IMG/VR virus record: IMGVR_UViG_2710264769_000001
DNA: 63,417 nt
Direction: 5' to 3' (one strand)
From: a virus
Positions 24,692 to 33,774 of the stretch are shown piece by piece. Every line of letters starts with the position of its first letter. Position 1 is the first letter of the stretch. Position numbers and translations under genes: made by a program. The notes under the pieces were generated by a model. The model had not been told where the DNA came from and did no database searches. It saw only the letters and a program-made list of their open reading frames with translations.

Positions 24692-26806
24692 TTGGCCTTT
24701 ACCAATTATGATGCCGAGGCGCCTTCTTTAGCTACAACTGAAGATCTGTCCACGACAGTTTTAGAAATACCTTTCGATCTCCAGCAGATGCGCACCCAGG
24801 CCGTGAAGAAGTGCTATGACTGGTTCGAAGCAGACCGTATGGCCAAGCAGTTCTACATGGAAGAAATGGAGGAGATGTATAAGCTCTACAAGAGCGATCA
24901 CTGGAGCCTGAAAGGTGAGGACGGCAGGGTTCTCCGCACCCAGGCGCAGAAAAGGGCCAGGCCGAACGCTGTAGAGAATATTTCTTTCGCACTTGTAGAA
25001 GGTTTTGTTTCCGAGTTCAGCCAGGACATTGATATCGTAGACTACCCGGTAGAAAAAGGCGATGATGAAGTCGCCCTTATAATGACAGACCTGAAAGAAT
25101 TTATTGCATATAAAAACCGGATCGCTGTAGAGCGGGAAAAGTGGCTCCGGTGGTTCTTTCTCTATGGAACCGGGATCTGGCATATCTATTGGGACCCGAC
25201 CTGGACAGGCGGCAAAGGCCCCAATAGGTGGCATGGCGATATAAGGTGGATAGCGTCGCATCCGCAGGTGGTTTATCCCGATGCCCGTTGCCGTGACAGC
25301 ATAGAGGATGGCCGCAGGATACATAAAGCTTTCTGGAGAACGCTGGAATACATCAAAGAAGAATTTCCTGAGCATGGCGGCAAAGTCATGCCGGATACTG
25401 TCCGCTACGATATGCTTATTGGTGATGAAATACCAATGGAGACTTCGGAAAGCGGTGAAGAGCAGGCGCTTATTGTGGAGACATGGTACAAAGGCAGGCC
25501 CATAATCTTAGACGAAGACGAAGAGGACTTGGGCCCTGGGCTTCATGTGATCTGGTGGGCCGGTGAGGGGAACAGCCAATACCTTAAACATGCCAATTAT
25601 GTTTATCATGATCCTGGTGAGAATACTAAATTCCCGTTCATTTTCCGGCAGTGTTATCCACGGGAAAATTCTATTTGGGGCTTCGGGGAAATGTATTTCC
25701 TGAAAAACCCGCAGATCATCAGAAACAAAACAGCAGAGATCATCATCGAGGGCCACGTTCATCATGCCATGGGGCAGACGATTTACAATGAATCTGCGCT
25801 GACGCCAAAACAGCAGAAGAACGTCAAGGAGCGCGGCACTCTTCCGGGCATGTGGTATCCGGTCAAAGATATAAATGGCATAAAACGCCTCCAGGGAACA
25901 AGCGTTCCTCCGTCGCTCCAGGGCGAAATGGAACGGTTACAGAAAGTATCAGAAACACTGGTAGGCCGGTTTGACATTTCCCAGGGAAGAACACCAGGTA
26001 GTGTTACAGCTTTCAGGGCTTTGGATTTACTTGCTTCCAGGGCGCAGGTAAGGCTCCGCAGCAAAGAAAAAGCCATGGTCACGGCTTATGAAGATTGCGG
26101 CAACTATATGAATAATCTCATATCCAAGTTTTACACCAGCAGAAGAGCTTACCGTATTTTGGGCGATGATGTTGCTCAGACCGTTTACGGTATTTTTGAT
26201 CCCGGAATGTTGCAAAGAGTTTATATTTATGACTTTGATGAATCTATGCCTCTTCAAGATTTTGAAAGAGGCGGTTGGGCCAGCGAGTTCGGTATGATAG
26301 AGGGCGAACATTACGAGATTTACTGTCCGCAGTACGATACGCAGTGCAAAGTCTCAACAAGCCTGCCTACAGACAGAATCTTTTACATGGACATGGCGAA
26401 GGAGCTTTACATGGCGCAGCTCATTGATCAGGAGATATTCTGGTATGTGCTGGATAACGGCAAGTTCCCGCCGTTCAAAGAGCTTTTGGAGAAAATGCAA
26501 GAGAAGGCACAGCAACAGGCTATGATGCTACAAGGGCAGGGTCAAATACCAGGCGGAGGACAGCCTGGGGGCCAACCTGCTGCCGGTGGCGGTGGTGCCG
26601 GTTTGGGGGCATTGGAAGGCTTGATCGGAAGCATAACAAGCGGATTGCCTCAGCAGCAGGGTATGCCGCCTGCCGGGGAAGGTTATGATCCCGTGGCTGA
26701 CATTGAGGAGGTTTTTAGAGCTAATCCGCAGCTTGCACAGCAATTCTCCAAACTTTCTCCGGCCATGCAGGAGCAGGTTATCAATTCAATTCTGCCACAA
26801 AGTTAG
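24692..26806 (+). CDS. Portal protein
   Basis: 704-aa ORF at the head of the morphogenesis operon. The Q/G-rich C-terminal tail and size are typical of portals. Called from position and size. Confidence 0.7.
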   Translation: MAFTNYDAEAPSLATTEDLSTTVLEIPFDLQQMRTQAVKKCYDWFEADRMAKQFYMEEMEEMYKLYKSDHWSLKGEDGRVLRTQAQKRARPNAVENISFALVEGFVSEFSQDIDIVDYPVEKGDDEVALIMTDLKEFIAYKNRIAVEREKWLRWFFLYGTGIWHIYWDPTWTGGKGPNRWHGDIRWIASHPQVVYPDARCRDSIEDGRRIHKAFWRTLEYIKEEFPEHGGKVMPDTVRYDMLIGDEIPMETSESGEEQALIVETWYKGRPIILDEDEEDLGPGLHVIWWAGEGNSQYLKHANYVYHDPGENTKFPFIFRQCYPRENSIWGFGEMYFLKNPQIIRNKTAEIIIEGHVHHAMGQTIYNESALTPKQQKNVKERGTLPGMWYPVKDINGIKRLQGTSVPPSLQGEMERLQKVSETLVGRFDISQGRTPGSVTAFRALDLLASRAQVRLRSKEKAMVTAYEDCGNYMNNLISKFYTSRRAYRILGDDVAQTVYGIFDPGMLQRVYIYDFDESMPLQDFERGGWASEFGMIEGEHYEIYCPQYDTQCKVSTSLPTDRIFYMDMAKELYMAQLIDQEIFWYVLDNGKFPPFKELLEKMQEKAQQQAMMLQGQGQIPGGGQPGGQPAAGGGGAGLGALEGLIGSITSGLPQQQGMPPAGEGYDPVADIEEVFRANPQLAQQFSKLSPAMQEQVINSILPQS

Positions 26807-26826
26807 CAAGGGGGAGGTGGTTAAAC

Positions 26827-27057
26827 ATGCCTCTTAAAAGCGGCAGTTCCAAGGATGCCGTTCAGGACAATATTGCCGAAATGATCCGCAGTTACAAAGA
26901 GACCGGCAAAATAGGCACTACGAGGCCGAAAAGCCTTGCGCACGCCAAAGAGATTGCAGCGGCAGCAGCCTACAGCAAGGCCGGTAAAAGTAAAAGTAAA
27001 AAGGGTGGTGGTAACTCAAAGAAGAAAGGCAAAGCCAAAGCCAAGAAGAAAAAATAG
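26827..27057 (+). CDS. Small basic protein with a Lys-rich tail
   Basis: ...AAAAAYSKAGKSKSKKGGGNSKKKGKAKAKKKK. Confidence 0.5.
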   Translation: MPLKSGSSKDAVQDNIAEMIRSYKETGKIGTTRPKSLAHAKEIAAAAAYSKAGKSKSKKGGGNSKKKGKAKAKKKK

Positions 27058-27071
27058 TTCACAGCTTCAAG

Positions 27072-27098
27072 AACCCGCATAACAAGTGGGTTTTTTAT
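27072..27098 (+). terminator. Rho-independent terminator
   Basis: aacccgc-ataacaa-gtgggtt followed by ttttt. Confidence 0.7.
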
Positions 27099-27160
27099 TG
27101 CCCTGATATTTTGGGCCGACAACTCGGAAAGACGAGGTTAAACCGGCTTAATAGCCTGGC

Positions 27161-27205
27161 GACGTGGAAAGACACGGAATAAAAGACGACGTGGAAAGAC
27201 ACGGA
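27161..27205. repeat. 18-bp direct repeat x2 upstream of the scaffold gene
   Basis: gacgtggaaagacacgga at 27161-78 and 27188-205 (27-bp period). Confidence 0.8.
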
Positions 27206-27220
27206 TGGAGGTAGAAACAA

Positions 27221-28201
27221 ATGTTTGTGTATGAAGAAGAAAAAAGATACCTTGACCTGCAGTTGTTTGCAGATAATCTTGAAGATGTCGAAGATGACGA
27301 TCCAAATAAAGCAGATTTAGACGATGTTGATGGCGATGATGACGATGGTAAAGATGTTGATGAAGAGGATTTTGAAAAATTAGCAGCCCAGGGTGCTATT
27401 GAGGATGAAGAGGACGAACCAGAAGACGAGGGCGAACCCAAGGTTAAAGCAAAGGAAACAGTACCAAAAAGCACCGTAAAAGACGCCAAGGAAACCCCGC
27501 CAGTTACTAAGGAAGAAACGGCAGAAAAACTCTTTACAAAAGAACAGGTAGAAGCCTTGATCAACGAACGTTTAGCTCGTGATCCCTACCGTGCTATTGG
27601 ACGGCGCCTGGAGCAGAAAACTGGCATGACACTCCAGCAACTTGACGAATACGCTGACCGGCAGCAAGAAGAAGAAGAAGTTAAGAAATACGCCGAAGAT
27701 AACATGGTGGACGAGGATGAAGCCAGAAAGCAGGTAAGAATCTTACGTGAGAACCGGGAACTTAAAGCGAGGCTGGCCAACGTTGAAGGACAACTGCCAA
27801 GCTACCAGAGGACGCTTGATTATATTAACGACAAGGCCAGGGATATCAATAATCCTTATGTTCGTAAATACGAAAAGGAGATTGACGCTTTTGCGCAGAA
27901 TGGCAGGGCCTGTTCCTTTGAAGCTGCCAAGAATTATATCTTGGGGCAGAAAATACTAAGTGGAGAACTGGCCGAAGCGATTAAAAGCGGGGCCATCAAT
28001 AAAACCCTGGCAGATATAAAGAAGCAGAGCAAGGTCAAGGTGCAGAGCGGCTCTTACTCAGGCAAGAGCATCTCTGAAATGGCGGCAGACGAAGTCGATC
28101 CGTTCCAAAAGCAGATAGCCGCAATGATGGGAGTGCCGCTTAAAGAGGTCATAGCGGAAAAAGCCAAAATTCAAAGGGAACGGAGAAGCGGCAGAATGTA
28201 A
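27221..28201 (+). CDS. Scaffolding protein (acidic N-terminus, coiled coil)
   Basis: D/E-rich first 90 aa followed by helical heptads. It lies between portal and capsid. Confidence 0.6.
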   Translation: MFVYEEEKRYLDLQLFADNLEDVEDDDPNKADLDDVDGDDDDGKDVDEEDFEKLAAQGAIEDEEDEPEDEGEPKVKAKETVPKSTVKDAKETPPVTKEETAEKLFTKEQVEALINERLARDPYRAIGRRLEQKTGMTLQQLDEYADRQQEEEEVKKYAEDNMVDEDEARKQVRILRENRELKARLANVEGQLPSYQRTLDYINDKARDINNPYVRKYEKEIDAFAQNGRACSFEAAKNYILGQKILSGELAEAIKSGAINKTLADIKKQSKVKVQSGSYSGKSISEMAADEVDPFQKQIAAMMGVPLKEVIAEKAKIQRERRSGRM

Positions 28202-28267
28202 TAAGTAGCTCCGATATATTCGGGGCTTTTTAGTTTCCAAACAATCTTAAGCGAGGTGAAGTAAAAG

Positions 28268-28996
28268 ATGTTTACTCCTGCAAGAGTAACGGCAGGGTTC
28301 GAGCCTTTGTTCCATAAGATGGGATTTGCGCCGAACCCTGTTCCTTATGAGCTTACCCCCAACACAGAGTTTAAAATGGGGGATATGGTTGTACTCCAAT
28401 ACGGCAAGGTGGTCAGGGCAACTGCTGCCAGCGTTTCCGGTATTTTAGGCGTTATGGCCCATGATGTAAAGCAGGCCGATAATCCGGCTGCCGGGCTAAC
28501 CAAGGGCCTGGTCTATGACAATCCCAATACTATTTTCAGGGTAAGTATTGCGGATATGGGCAACCGGGACTATACGGCAACTGGCGGTGCTTCTGACGGC
28601 ACAACGGTAACGGCGGCGGAAGCAACCCTGACTACTGCCAATGTTTTCCGTGGGGCAATGCTTTACGTCTATGAAGGCACCAATAAAGGCGCTATCAGGA
28701 CGGTATCCGCCTATTCCAACGCTGCCAGTGTGGGGACATGGACTGTCACATATCCTTTCCCCAACCAATGCGATACAACTACCAAGTTTATCGTGTTTGG
28801 CGGAGCTAGCGAGGCTAACGACGGCATTAACGTTGGAAAAGCCGGTATTGTGCTAAAAGACCATGCCAGAGTAGATGGGGACGCCGCAGCGATCTCCAGC
28901 GGCAATCCGGTAGGCCCTCTGGTCTGCTTGGCACTTGATCCGGCCAACCTGTGGATGGATGTAATGATCCGTGCTTCAAAGCACCTCTTCGGATAA
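28268..28996 (+). CDS. Head structural protein (possible decoration/auxiliary capsid protein)
   Basis: 242-aa beta-rich ORF immediately upstream of the capsid gene, with a near-identical RBS context (agcgaggtgaa). Confidence 0.45.
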   Translation: MFTPARVTAGFEPLFHKMGFAPNPVPYELTPNTEFKMGDMVVLQYGKVVRATAASVSGILGVMAHDVKQADNPAAGLTKGLVYDNPNTIFRVSIADMGNRDYTATGGASDGTTVTAAEATLTTANVFRGAMLYVYEGTNKGAIRTVSAYSNAASVGTWTVTYPFPNQCDTTTKFIVFGGASEANDGINVGKAGIVLKDHARVDGDAAAISSGNPVGPLVCLALDPANLWMDVMIRASKHLFG

Positions 28997-29044
28997 GGGG
29001 TGCTTTTCCTTTTCCAATTCAAATTTTAGCGAGGTGAACGAAAG

Positions 29045-29893
29045 ATGATGCTCTCTGAAAACTGGCAGGAGCTTATGCTGCCGATCTTACGCAGAATCTT
29101 CGATAAACATAAGAAAAAGCTCAAAGACTATGTTTTGGTAATCTTTAATGTGGAAACTTCAACCAAGGCGATAGAGCAACACTTAGGAATCGGCTCTCTC
29201 GGCCTTATGACCCCTTGGGATGAATCTGGGCGTCAGGTAGCCTACGAGGACATCCACAAAGGCTTCCTGGCGACCTATCGGCATAAGAAATATTCCAAGG
29301 GCCTTGAAATCGAGAGAGAACTTCCCGAGGACGATCAATACGGCGAGATCAAGAAGCGGGTAAGAATCCTGGTGAGGACTGTTTATTATACCAGGCAGTT
29401 CTATGCTGCTTCCGTGTTCAACAATGCTTTTAATGACCTTTATCCCGGGCCGGATGGAAAGGCATTGTGTAGCGCAGCACATCCCTATAGTCCTACCAAC
29501 AGCGCAACGTTTGGCAATTACGGTGATCCTGATTCACTTGGGTCTACCTTGAAGCTCAATGCCGATAACGTTGAGAAGGTCCGTAACGCCATGATGGAAT
29601 GGAAGGACGATAAGGGCAATCTGTTGGCTATAAGCCCGGATACCCTGGTTGTGCCTCCCAAGTTACGTAAACCTGCTATGGTTATTGCTGATACAGACAA
29701 AGAACCGGATACCAGCGATAACAACGTTAACATCTGGAAAGGTGCTTTAGATGTGATTGAGTGGCCGTTCCTGACCAATCCTAATGCCTGGTTTATGATG
29801 GACAGGGAAAGGGCTAAAATGTATGCTAACTGGTTTGACCGCAGGGTTGCCAAGCTGGAGCAGGATAGGGAGAACTTCGATACAGAAGTGGGT
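29045..29893 (+). CDS. Major capsid protein (Mu gpT-like), exon 1
   Basis: ...STKAIEQHLGIGSLGLMTPWDESGRQVAYEDIHKGFLATYRHKKYSKGLEIERELPEDDQYGEI... fits the gpT-like capsid pattern. The proposed 5' splice site follows GGU at 29893. Confidence 0.7.
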
Positions 29894-30162
29894 AAACATA
29901 CTTGCCCGGTTGCAGGGAAACTTGCAGCATAAAACAGCGGGGAAAAAACGGGAAAGCTAAGGCACAGAGCTATGCCGACCCGAAGGGAAGTCAATAAGTA
30001 ACGTTATTGACACACGCAGAGAGCAGAGGGTGAAACCGCTAACGGAATATAATCCCTCCACGAGTCCCCGCCACCCTAACGTAAAGACGAGGGTGAAAAG
30101 GTGCTCCGATACCCCGACGAAAGACGGGGAGCATAGGATAAAGAGCCTGTGCATAACAAATG
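29894..30162 (+). ncRNA. Group I intron (IC3-like core, no ORF)
   Basis: P1 UGGGU(29889-93)/GCCCG(29904-08). P10 CUU(29901-03)/AGG(30163-65). P2 29909-14/29923-28. P3 GCGGGG(29937-42)/CCCCGC(30066-71). A6 J3/4. P4 CGGG/CCCG. GGGAAAGCUAA. P6 29990-97/30004-11. P7 G-A-GAGCA(30019-25)/UGCUC-C(30102-07). P8 CACCCUAACGUAAAGACGAGGGUG(30072-95). P9 30112-16/30125-29. Terminal G at 30162. Confidence 0.7.
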
Positions 30163-30237
30163 AGGTATAAGGTTGTTAATAGGTTCAGCTTTGGCTGGGA
30201 CGAGCCAACCTTCATTTGGGGGGCAATTAACCCCTAA
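30163..30237 (+). CDS. Major capsid protein, exon 2
   Basis: RYKVVNRFSFGWDEPTFIWGAINP-stop has no start codon or RBS of its own, is in frame with exon 1 after removing 269 nt, and is followed by a terminator. Confidence 0.65.
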   Translation, partial: RYKVVNRFSFGWDEPTFIWGAINP

Positions 30238-30260
30238 TTAATATCAACATATCAACTAAG

Positions 30261-30295
30261 TAAGGGGAGCTTTGACAAGCTCCCCTTATCTTTGA
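30261..30295 (+). terminator. Rho-independent terminator after the capsid gene
   Basis: taaggggagc-tttgacaa-gctcccctta followed by tcttt. Confidence 0.75.
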
Positions 30296-30312
30296 AAGAA
30301 GGTGAATTTTAA

Positions 30313-30825
30313 ATGTCCGGATTCAGCCATTCCAAAGGTTATTCTGCTATAGAAAACGGGTTCGCTGTAGGACCCGAAGGAGAAGAAACAACGATAATTA
30401 ACCAAGACGGTGTTGTTTTCGTTGAGGGAACCCATAAGGTCCCTAAAACATTTACTGTCAGCACTATCCTGGCTGGTGATGCTGCTGCTACTGCCGCTAA
30501 CTACGGGGTATTTTTTATAGCTCCGTTTGCCTGTGAAGTAGTGTCCGTTAGAGAATCACATACAGCGGCTGGCACTGATGCCGGTGCCGTGACGCTTGAC
30601 ATTGAAAAGCTCACAGGCACGCAAGCCCCTGATGCTGGTGTGGCAGTACTTGGAGCTACCAAGATTAACCTAAAAGGAGCGGCAAATACTGTTCAAAGCC
30701 CTGCTTTAACAGGCACAACGGCCAATAAGCAATTAGCTGCCGGTGACAGGCTGTGCTTGAAGGATGCAGGGACACTTACGGCAGTAGCGGGTTTGGCCGT
30801 TACTGTGGAATTAAAAGCAATCTAA
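30313..30825 (+). CDS. Virion structural protein (A/G/T-rich beta protein)
   Basis: 170-aa ORF; a terminator-like hairpin taggcccgat/atcgggccta lies at 30834-60. Confidence 0.5.
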   Translation: MSGFSHSKGYSAIENGFAVGPEGEETTIINQDGVVFVEGTHKVPKTFTVSTILAGDAAATAANYGVFFIAPFACEVVSVRESHTAAGTDAGAVTLDIEKLTGTQAPDAGVAVLGATKINLKGAANTVQSPALTGTTANKQLAAGDRLCLKDAGTLTAVAGLAVTVELKAI

Positions 30826-30889
30826 AGATTATTTAGGCCCGATCTAACCCATCGGGCCTATTCTCCTTAATCTTAAGGAGGTGTATAAA

Positions 30890-31249
30890 TTGGCTTATTT
30901 TACTCCGACCGAAGTTTTAAACGATGTTGATAAAACCTTTGGTGTTGGCAAGGCAGAATCTGCTACGGGTAATAAGATTACCGTGGAAATACCGGCTGTA
31001 GCAGATAAAAAACATTATATCGGCTCTATTGTTCTGACCGGGACAACCGGAACGGGCGGCGCAGAGGCGCTTGTTATTAAAAAAGGTTCAACAACTGTAT
31101 GGCAGGAAACTTTTGCGATTGGCACCGACAAGGTAAGGCAGTTCCAGGCTGTTCCTTTGGTTGGAAACGAGGGGGAAGCGGTAACGGTAGAGGCTTCTGC
31201 TACCAACCTCACGGCAGGAAAACTGTATGTTGTTTACTACACGAAGTAG
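30890..31249 (+). CDS. Virion structural protein
   Basis: AAGGAGG at 30875-81 favours TTG 30890 within ORF 30881..31249. Confidence 0.5.
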   Translation: MAYFTPTEVLNDVDKTFGVGKAESATGNKITVEIPAVADKKHYIGSIVLTGTTGTGGAEALVIKKGSTTVWQETFAIGTDKVRQFQAVPLVGNEGEAVTVEASATNLTAGKLYVVYYTK

Positions 31250-31260
31250 TAGGTGGGCGC

Positions 31261-31509
31261 ATGAACAGGAGGCAACTTTTCCAGATAGCAGAAAAAAACG
31301 GCATTAGACAGGACAGGACAAAAGCTCTTGCCGCAACAAGGCAGGAGCTTCTTGCCTATTATAAGTCTGAGCAGGGCCAGGAAGAGATAAGAAATGCTCC
31401 ACGTATTCCGGTAGAGTTTAACGATGATTTTCCCCTTAACGAACAGCCGGCAGAACTTATTGTAAACCTTCTCATGCAGGAGGTAGAGAATTATGCCAAG
31501 GACAGTTAA
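31261..31509 (+). CDS. Small protein with a Rho-N/SAP-like N-terminal helix pair
   Basis: MNRRQLFQIAEKNGIRQDRTKALAATRQELLAYY; ATG 31261 inside tracked ORF 31099..31509. Confidence 0.45.
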   Translation: MNRRQLFQIAEKNGIRQDRTKALAATRQELLAYYKSEQGQEEIRNAPRIPVEFNDDFPLNEQPAELIVNLLMQEVENYAKDS

Positions 31510-32332
31510 AACCCTTATACAGTTAATTGGAAGGGTTAGGGACATACTGGAAGAACCAGTGCCGGCCAGATGGTCCAATGACATGATTAAGGACTACCTT
31601 AACAAAGCCCAGGAGGATCTTGCCATACTTGCCGAAAGGCTGAAAACCAGCGAGGTTACGTTAAAAGCAGATTTGACGCTAACCGGGACAGTGAAAGTGG
31701 AAGCGGGTTCACTTAACGCTGTTATAGGCACGGGGACAGCTTTTTTAACCGAGCTTTCTGTAGGCAATACGATCAAAATCGGCACTGAAAAAAGAATTGT
31801 AGCTACTATTACAGACAATGAGCATTTAACGGTTACTGTGGCGTTTACTACTGCCAAAGCAGCCGGGAGCAGCATTATTCTTGTGGGAGATGAGGGAAGG
31901 CTAAGTTTCCCCAATGATTTCTTGATGCTGAACGAGCTTTTCTGGACTGACGGTACTTACAAATATGAAATTAAGCCCGGTTCTTCCAAAATCCCTGTTG
32001 ATGACGATACAGATACGGATACGATCAGCGGGCCTCAATACTATTATTTGGTCAACGGAGCAATCGAGATAAGGCCGATACAAAGCACTGATACAGAGAT
32101 TATCATTGTTTATTATGAAGATCCGCCTGAAATGGTCAACAACGAAGATAAGCCCTATTTCAGCCATTCCCAGGACGCTTTAATAGCCGGTGCTGTATGG
32201 ATGGCCTACCGTGACGACAATGACCCCCGGCAGCAGCCCTGGTTGGAGAATTACAGCCGTGAACAGATGAGATGGCTAGCGGTAGAAACGCAGAACTACC
32301 AGGACGCATTTCAGCAGGAATCTAATTGGTAA
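31493..32332 (+). CDS. Head-tail joining/structural protein
   Basis: 279-aa ORF in the morphogenesis operon. Confidence 0.45.
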   Translation: MPRTVKTLIQLIGRVRDILEEPVPARWSNDMIKDYLNKAQEDLAILAERLKTSEVTLKADLTLTGTVKVEAGSLNAVIGTGTAFLTELSVGNTIKIGTEKRIVATITDNEHLTVTVAFTTAKAAGSSIILVGDEGRLSFPNDFLMLNELFWTDGTYKYEIKPGSSKIPVDDDTDTDTISGPQYYYLVNGAIEIRPIQSTDTEIIIVYYEDPPEMVNNEDKPYFSHSQDALIAGAVWMAYRDDNDPRQQPWLENYSREQMRWLAVETQNYQDAFQQESNW

Positions 32333-32354
32333 TGAGAAGGGGCGGGATCTGGCT

Positions 32355-33344
32355 ATGGCTAACAGGAAACGTCAAAAAGGATTAAGAATTGGCGAAATAG
32401 ATTACGAGCGTATTGTAGACTGGTCCGGCGGTATGAATGATGCTGTCAACCCTGCCCTCTTGGGTGATAACGAAAGCGCGCTTCTGGAGAACGCCTCCCT
32501 GGACGAGAAGGGAACTCTTTTTTGCCGTAAAGGGAGCAGAAAAAGGTATGCCGAAACGATAGGGAACTATCCCGTTACTGGCCTTGATGCTTATTATAAA
32601 TCTGATGGCACCAGCAGGTTACTGATTGGTACCAGTGATGGGAAGCTATATGTAGACGAACCGCATATTACCAATTACTACGATACCCAGGGCGAGTTCA
32701 ACAATGGCAAATACCAAGCTACTGTCGCCACGGTTGACGGCAAGGTCTGGCCCATGATAGTTTTCACGGGTTTTGAGAACGACTACTTTGCCGACTTCCA
32801 CACCCGGGATTCCGGCTGGACGATTGACGATACTGTTTACAAAACAGGGGCCAAGTCTGCCAAGGGTACGGGCACAACACAGAAACTTATCCGGGAGTTT
32901 GGGTTTAACGCTTCCCAGGTTTATATCAAGTTGGCTTGCCGGTTTGCCGAAACAAATCAGGTGCATTATCCGGTCATCTTCAAGTCTCCTACTGGCACCG
33001 AAATTCAAGCTGTGGTGGCTGACGCCGACGGTAATTTCAAATATCATAACGGGACGGCCTTGACCGCCTTTCCGGTAGCCAGAAACTACATCGCCAACAC
33101 CTGGTACGTAGTAGAGGTTTTGGTTAGAAGCGGTACTTTTTGGGTGAGTATCGAAGGACAGAGCTTGACGCCTTCTGGATTGGCGATGAAGGATACTGAA
33201 AATAATGCCCAGAGCCAAGTTGCCAAAGTACAAATACAGAATGCAGGCTCTGCTTCTGCCACCATGTGGGTGGATGATGTGGAAATAAACAGTCTTGCGC
33301 CTGTGTTTCGCCCTAGTCCAAGATTTGCTAGAATTCTGTTTTAA
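32355..33344 (+). CDS. Structural protein with a jelly-roll/LamG-like C-terminal half
   Basis: 329-aa ORF. Confidence 0.45.
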   Translation: MANRKRQKGLRIGEIDYERIVDWSGGMNDAVNPALLGDNESALLENASLDEKGTLFCRKGSRKRYAETIGNYPVTGLDAYYKSDGTSRLLIGTSDGKLYVDEPHITNYYDTQGEFNNGKYQATVATVDGKVWPMIVFTGFENDYFADFHTRDSGWTIDDTVYKTGAKSAKGTGTTQKLIREFGFNASQVYIKLACRFAETNQVHYPVIFKSPTGTEIQAVVADADGNFKYHNGTALTAFPVARNYIANTWYVVEVLVRSGTFWVSIEGQSLTPSGLAMKDTENNAQSQVAKVQIQNAGSASATMWVDDVEINSLAPVFRPSPRFARILF

Positions 33345-33375
33345 TGGAGAGTAATTCACTGAGGAGGTATAACTA

Positions 33376-33762
33376 ATGAGTGCCATTTCCAATTACCTTG
33401 AAAATGCATTACTTAATCATGTTTTTCGAAATACTGCGTATACCTCACCAACTGCTATATATGTCGCACTTTATACCAGTGATCCTACTGATGCTGACGT
33501 GGGAACGGAGGTTTCTGGTGGTGGATATGCCAGGCAACAAGTTATTTTTAATGCTCCTTCCAACGGAGCGATAACTAACTCTGCCAATATTGTTTTTCCT
33601 GAAGCGACAGCCGATTGGGGCACAATAACGCATATAGGTTTGCGTGATGCGTCCTCTCTTGGTAACCTGCTATGGTATGGTCCGGCAAGGGAAAGCAGAT
33701 TAGTTTTGACTGGCGATCAGGCTATTATTAAGGCTGAAACCTTGAATGTTTCCTTAGACTAA
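33376..33762 (+). CDS. Conserved phage fibre-associated protein
   Basis: YLENALLNHVFRNTAYTSPTAIYVALYTSDP...GTEVSGGGYARQQV.F......I.N...I.FP.AT..WGTITHIGL.D is a widespread phage family pattern. Confidence 0.55.
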   Translation: MSAISNYLENALLNHVFRNTAYTSPTAIYVALYTSDPTDADVGTEVSGGGYARQQVIFNAPSNGAITNSANIVFPEATADWGTITHIGLRDASSLGNLLWYGPARESRLVLTGDQAIIKAETLNVSLD

Positions 33763-33774
33763 GGAGGCGATTAT

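Noticed and set aside
27148-27564. 138-aa antisense ORF opposite the acidic N-terminus of the scaffold gene
   Set aside because: It is a poly-Ser translation of the GAnGAn repeats on the coding strand.
29894-30162. Alternative explanations for the capsid gap: group II intron, intein, translational bypass, stand-alone sRNA
   Set aside because: Group II intron: there is no GUGYG 5' end or domain V, and 269 nt is too short. Intein: the insert is not an in-frame ORF. Translational bypass: 269 nt is far beyond known hops. Stand-alone sRNA: this would not explain the in-frame, start-less capsid-like C-terminus downstream.
31099-31260. N-terminal extension of ORF 31099..31509
   Set aside because: It overlaps the end of the preceding structural gene in another frame and translates to a G/R/C-rich string. 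ATG 31261, just after the upstream stop, is the sensible start.
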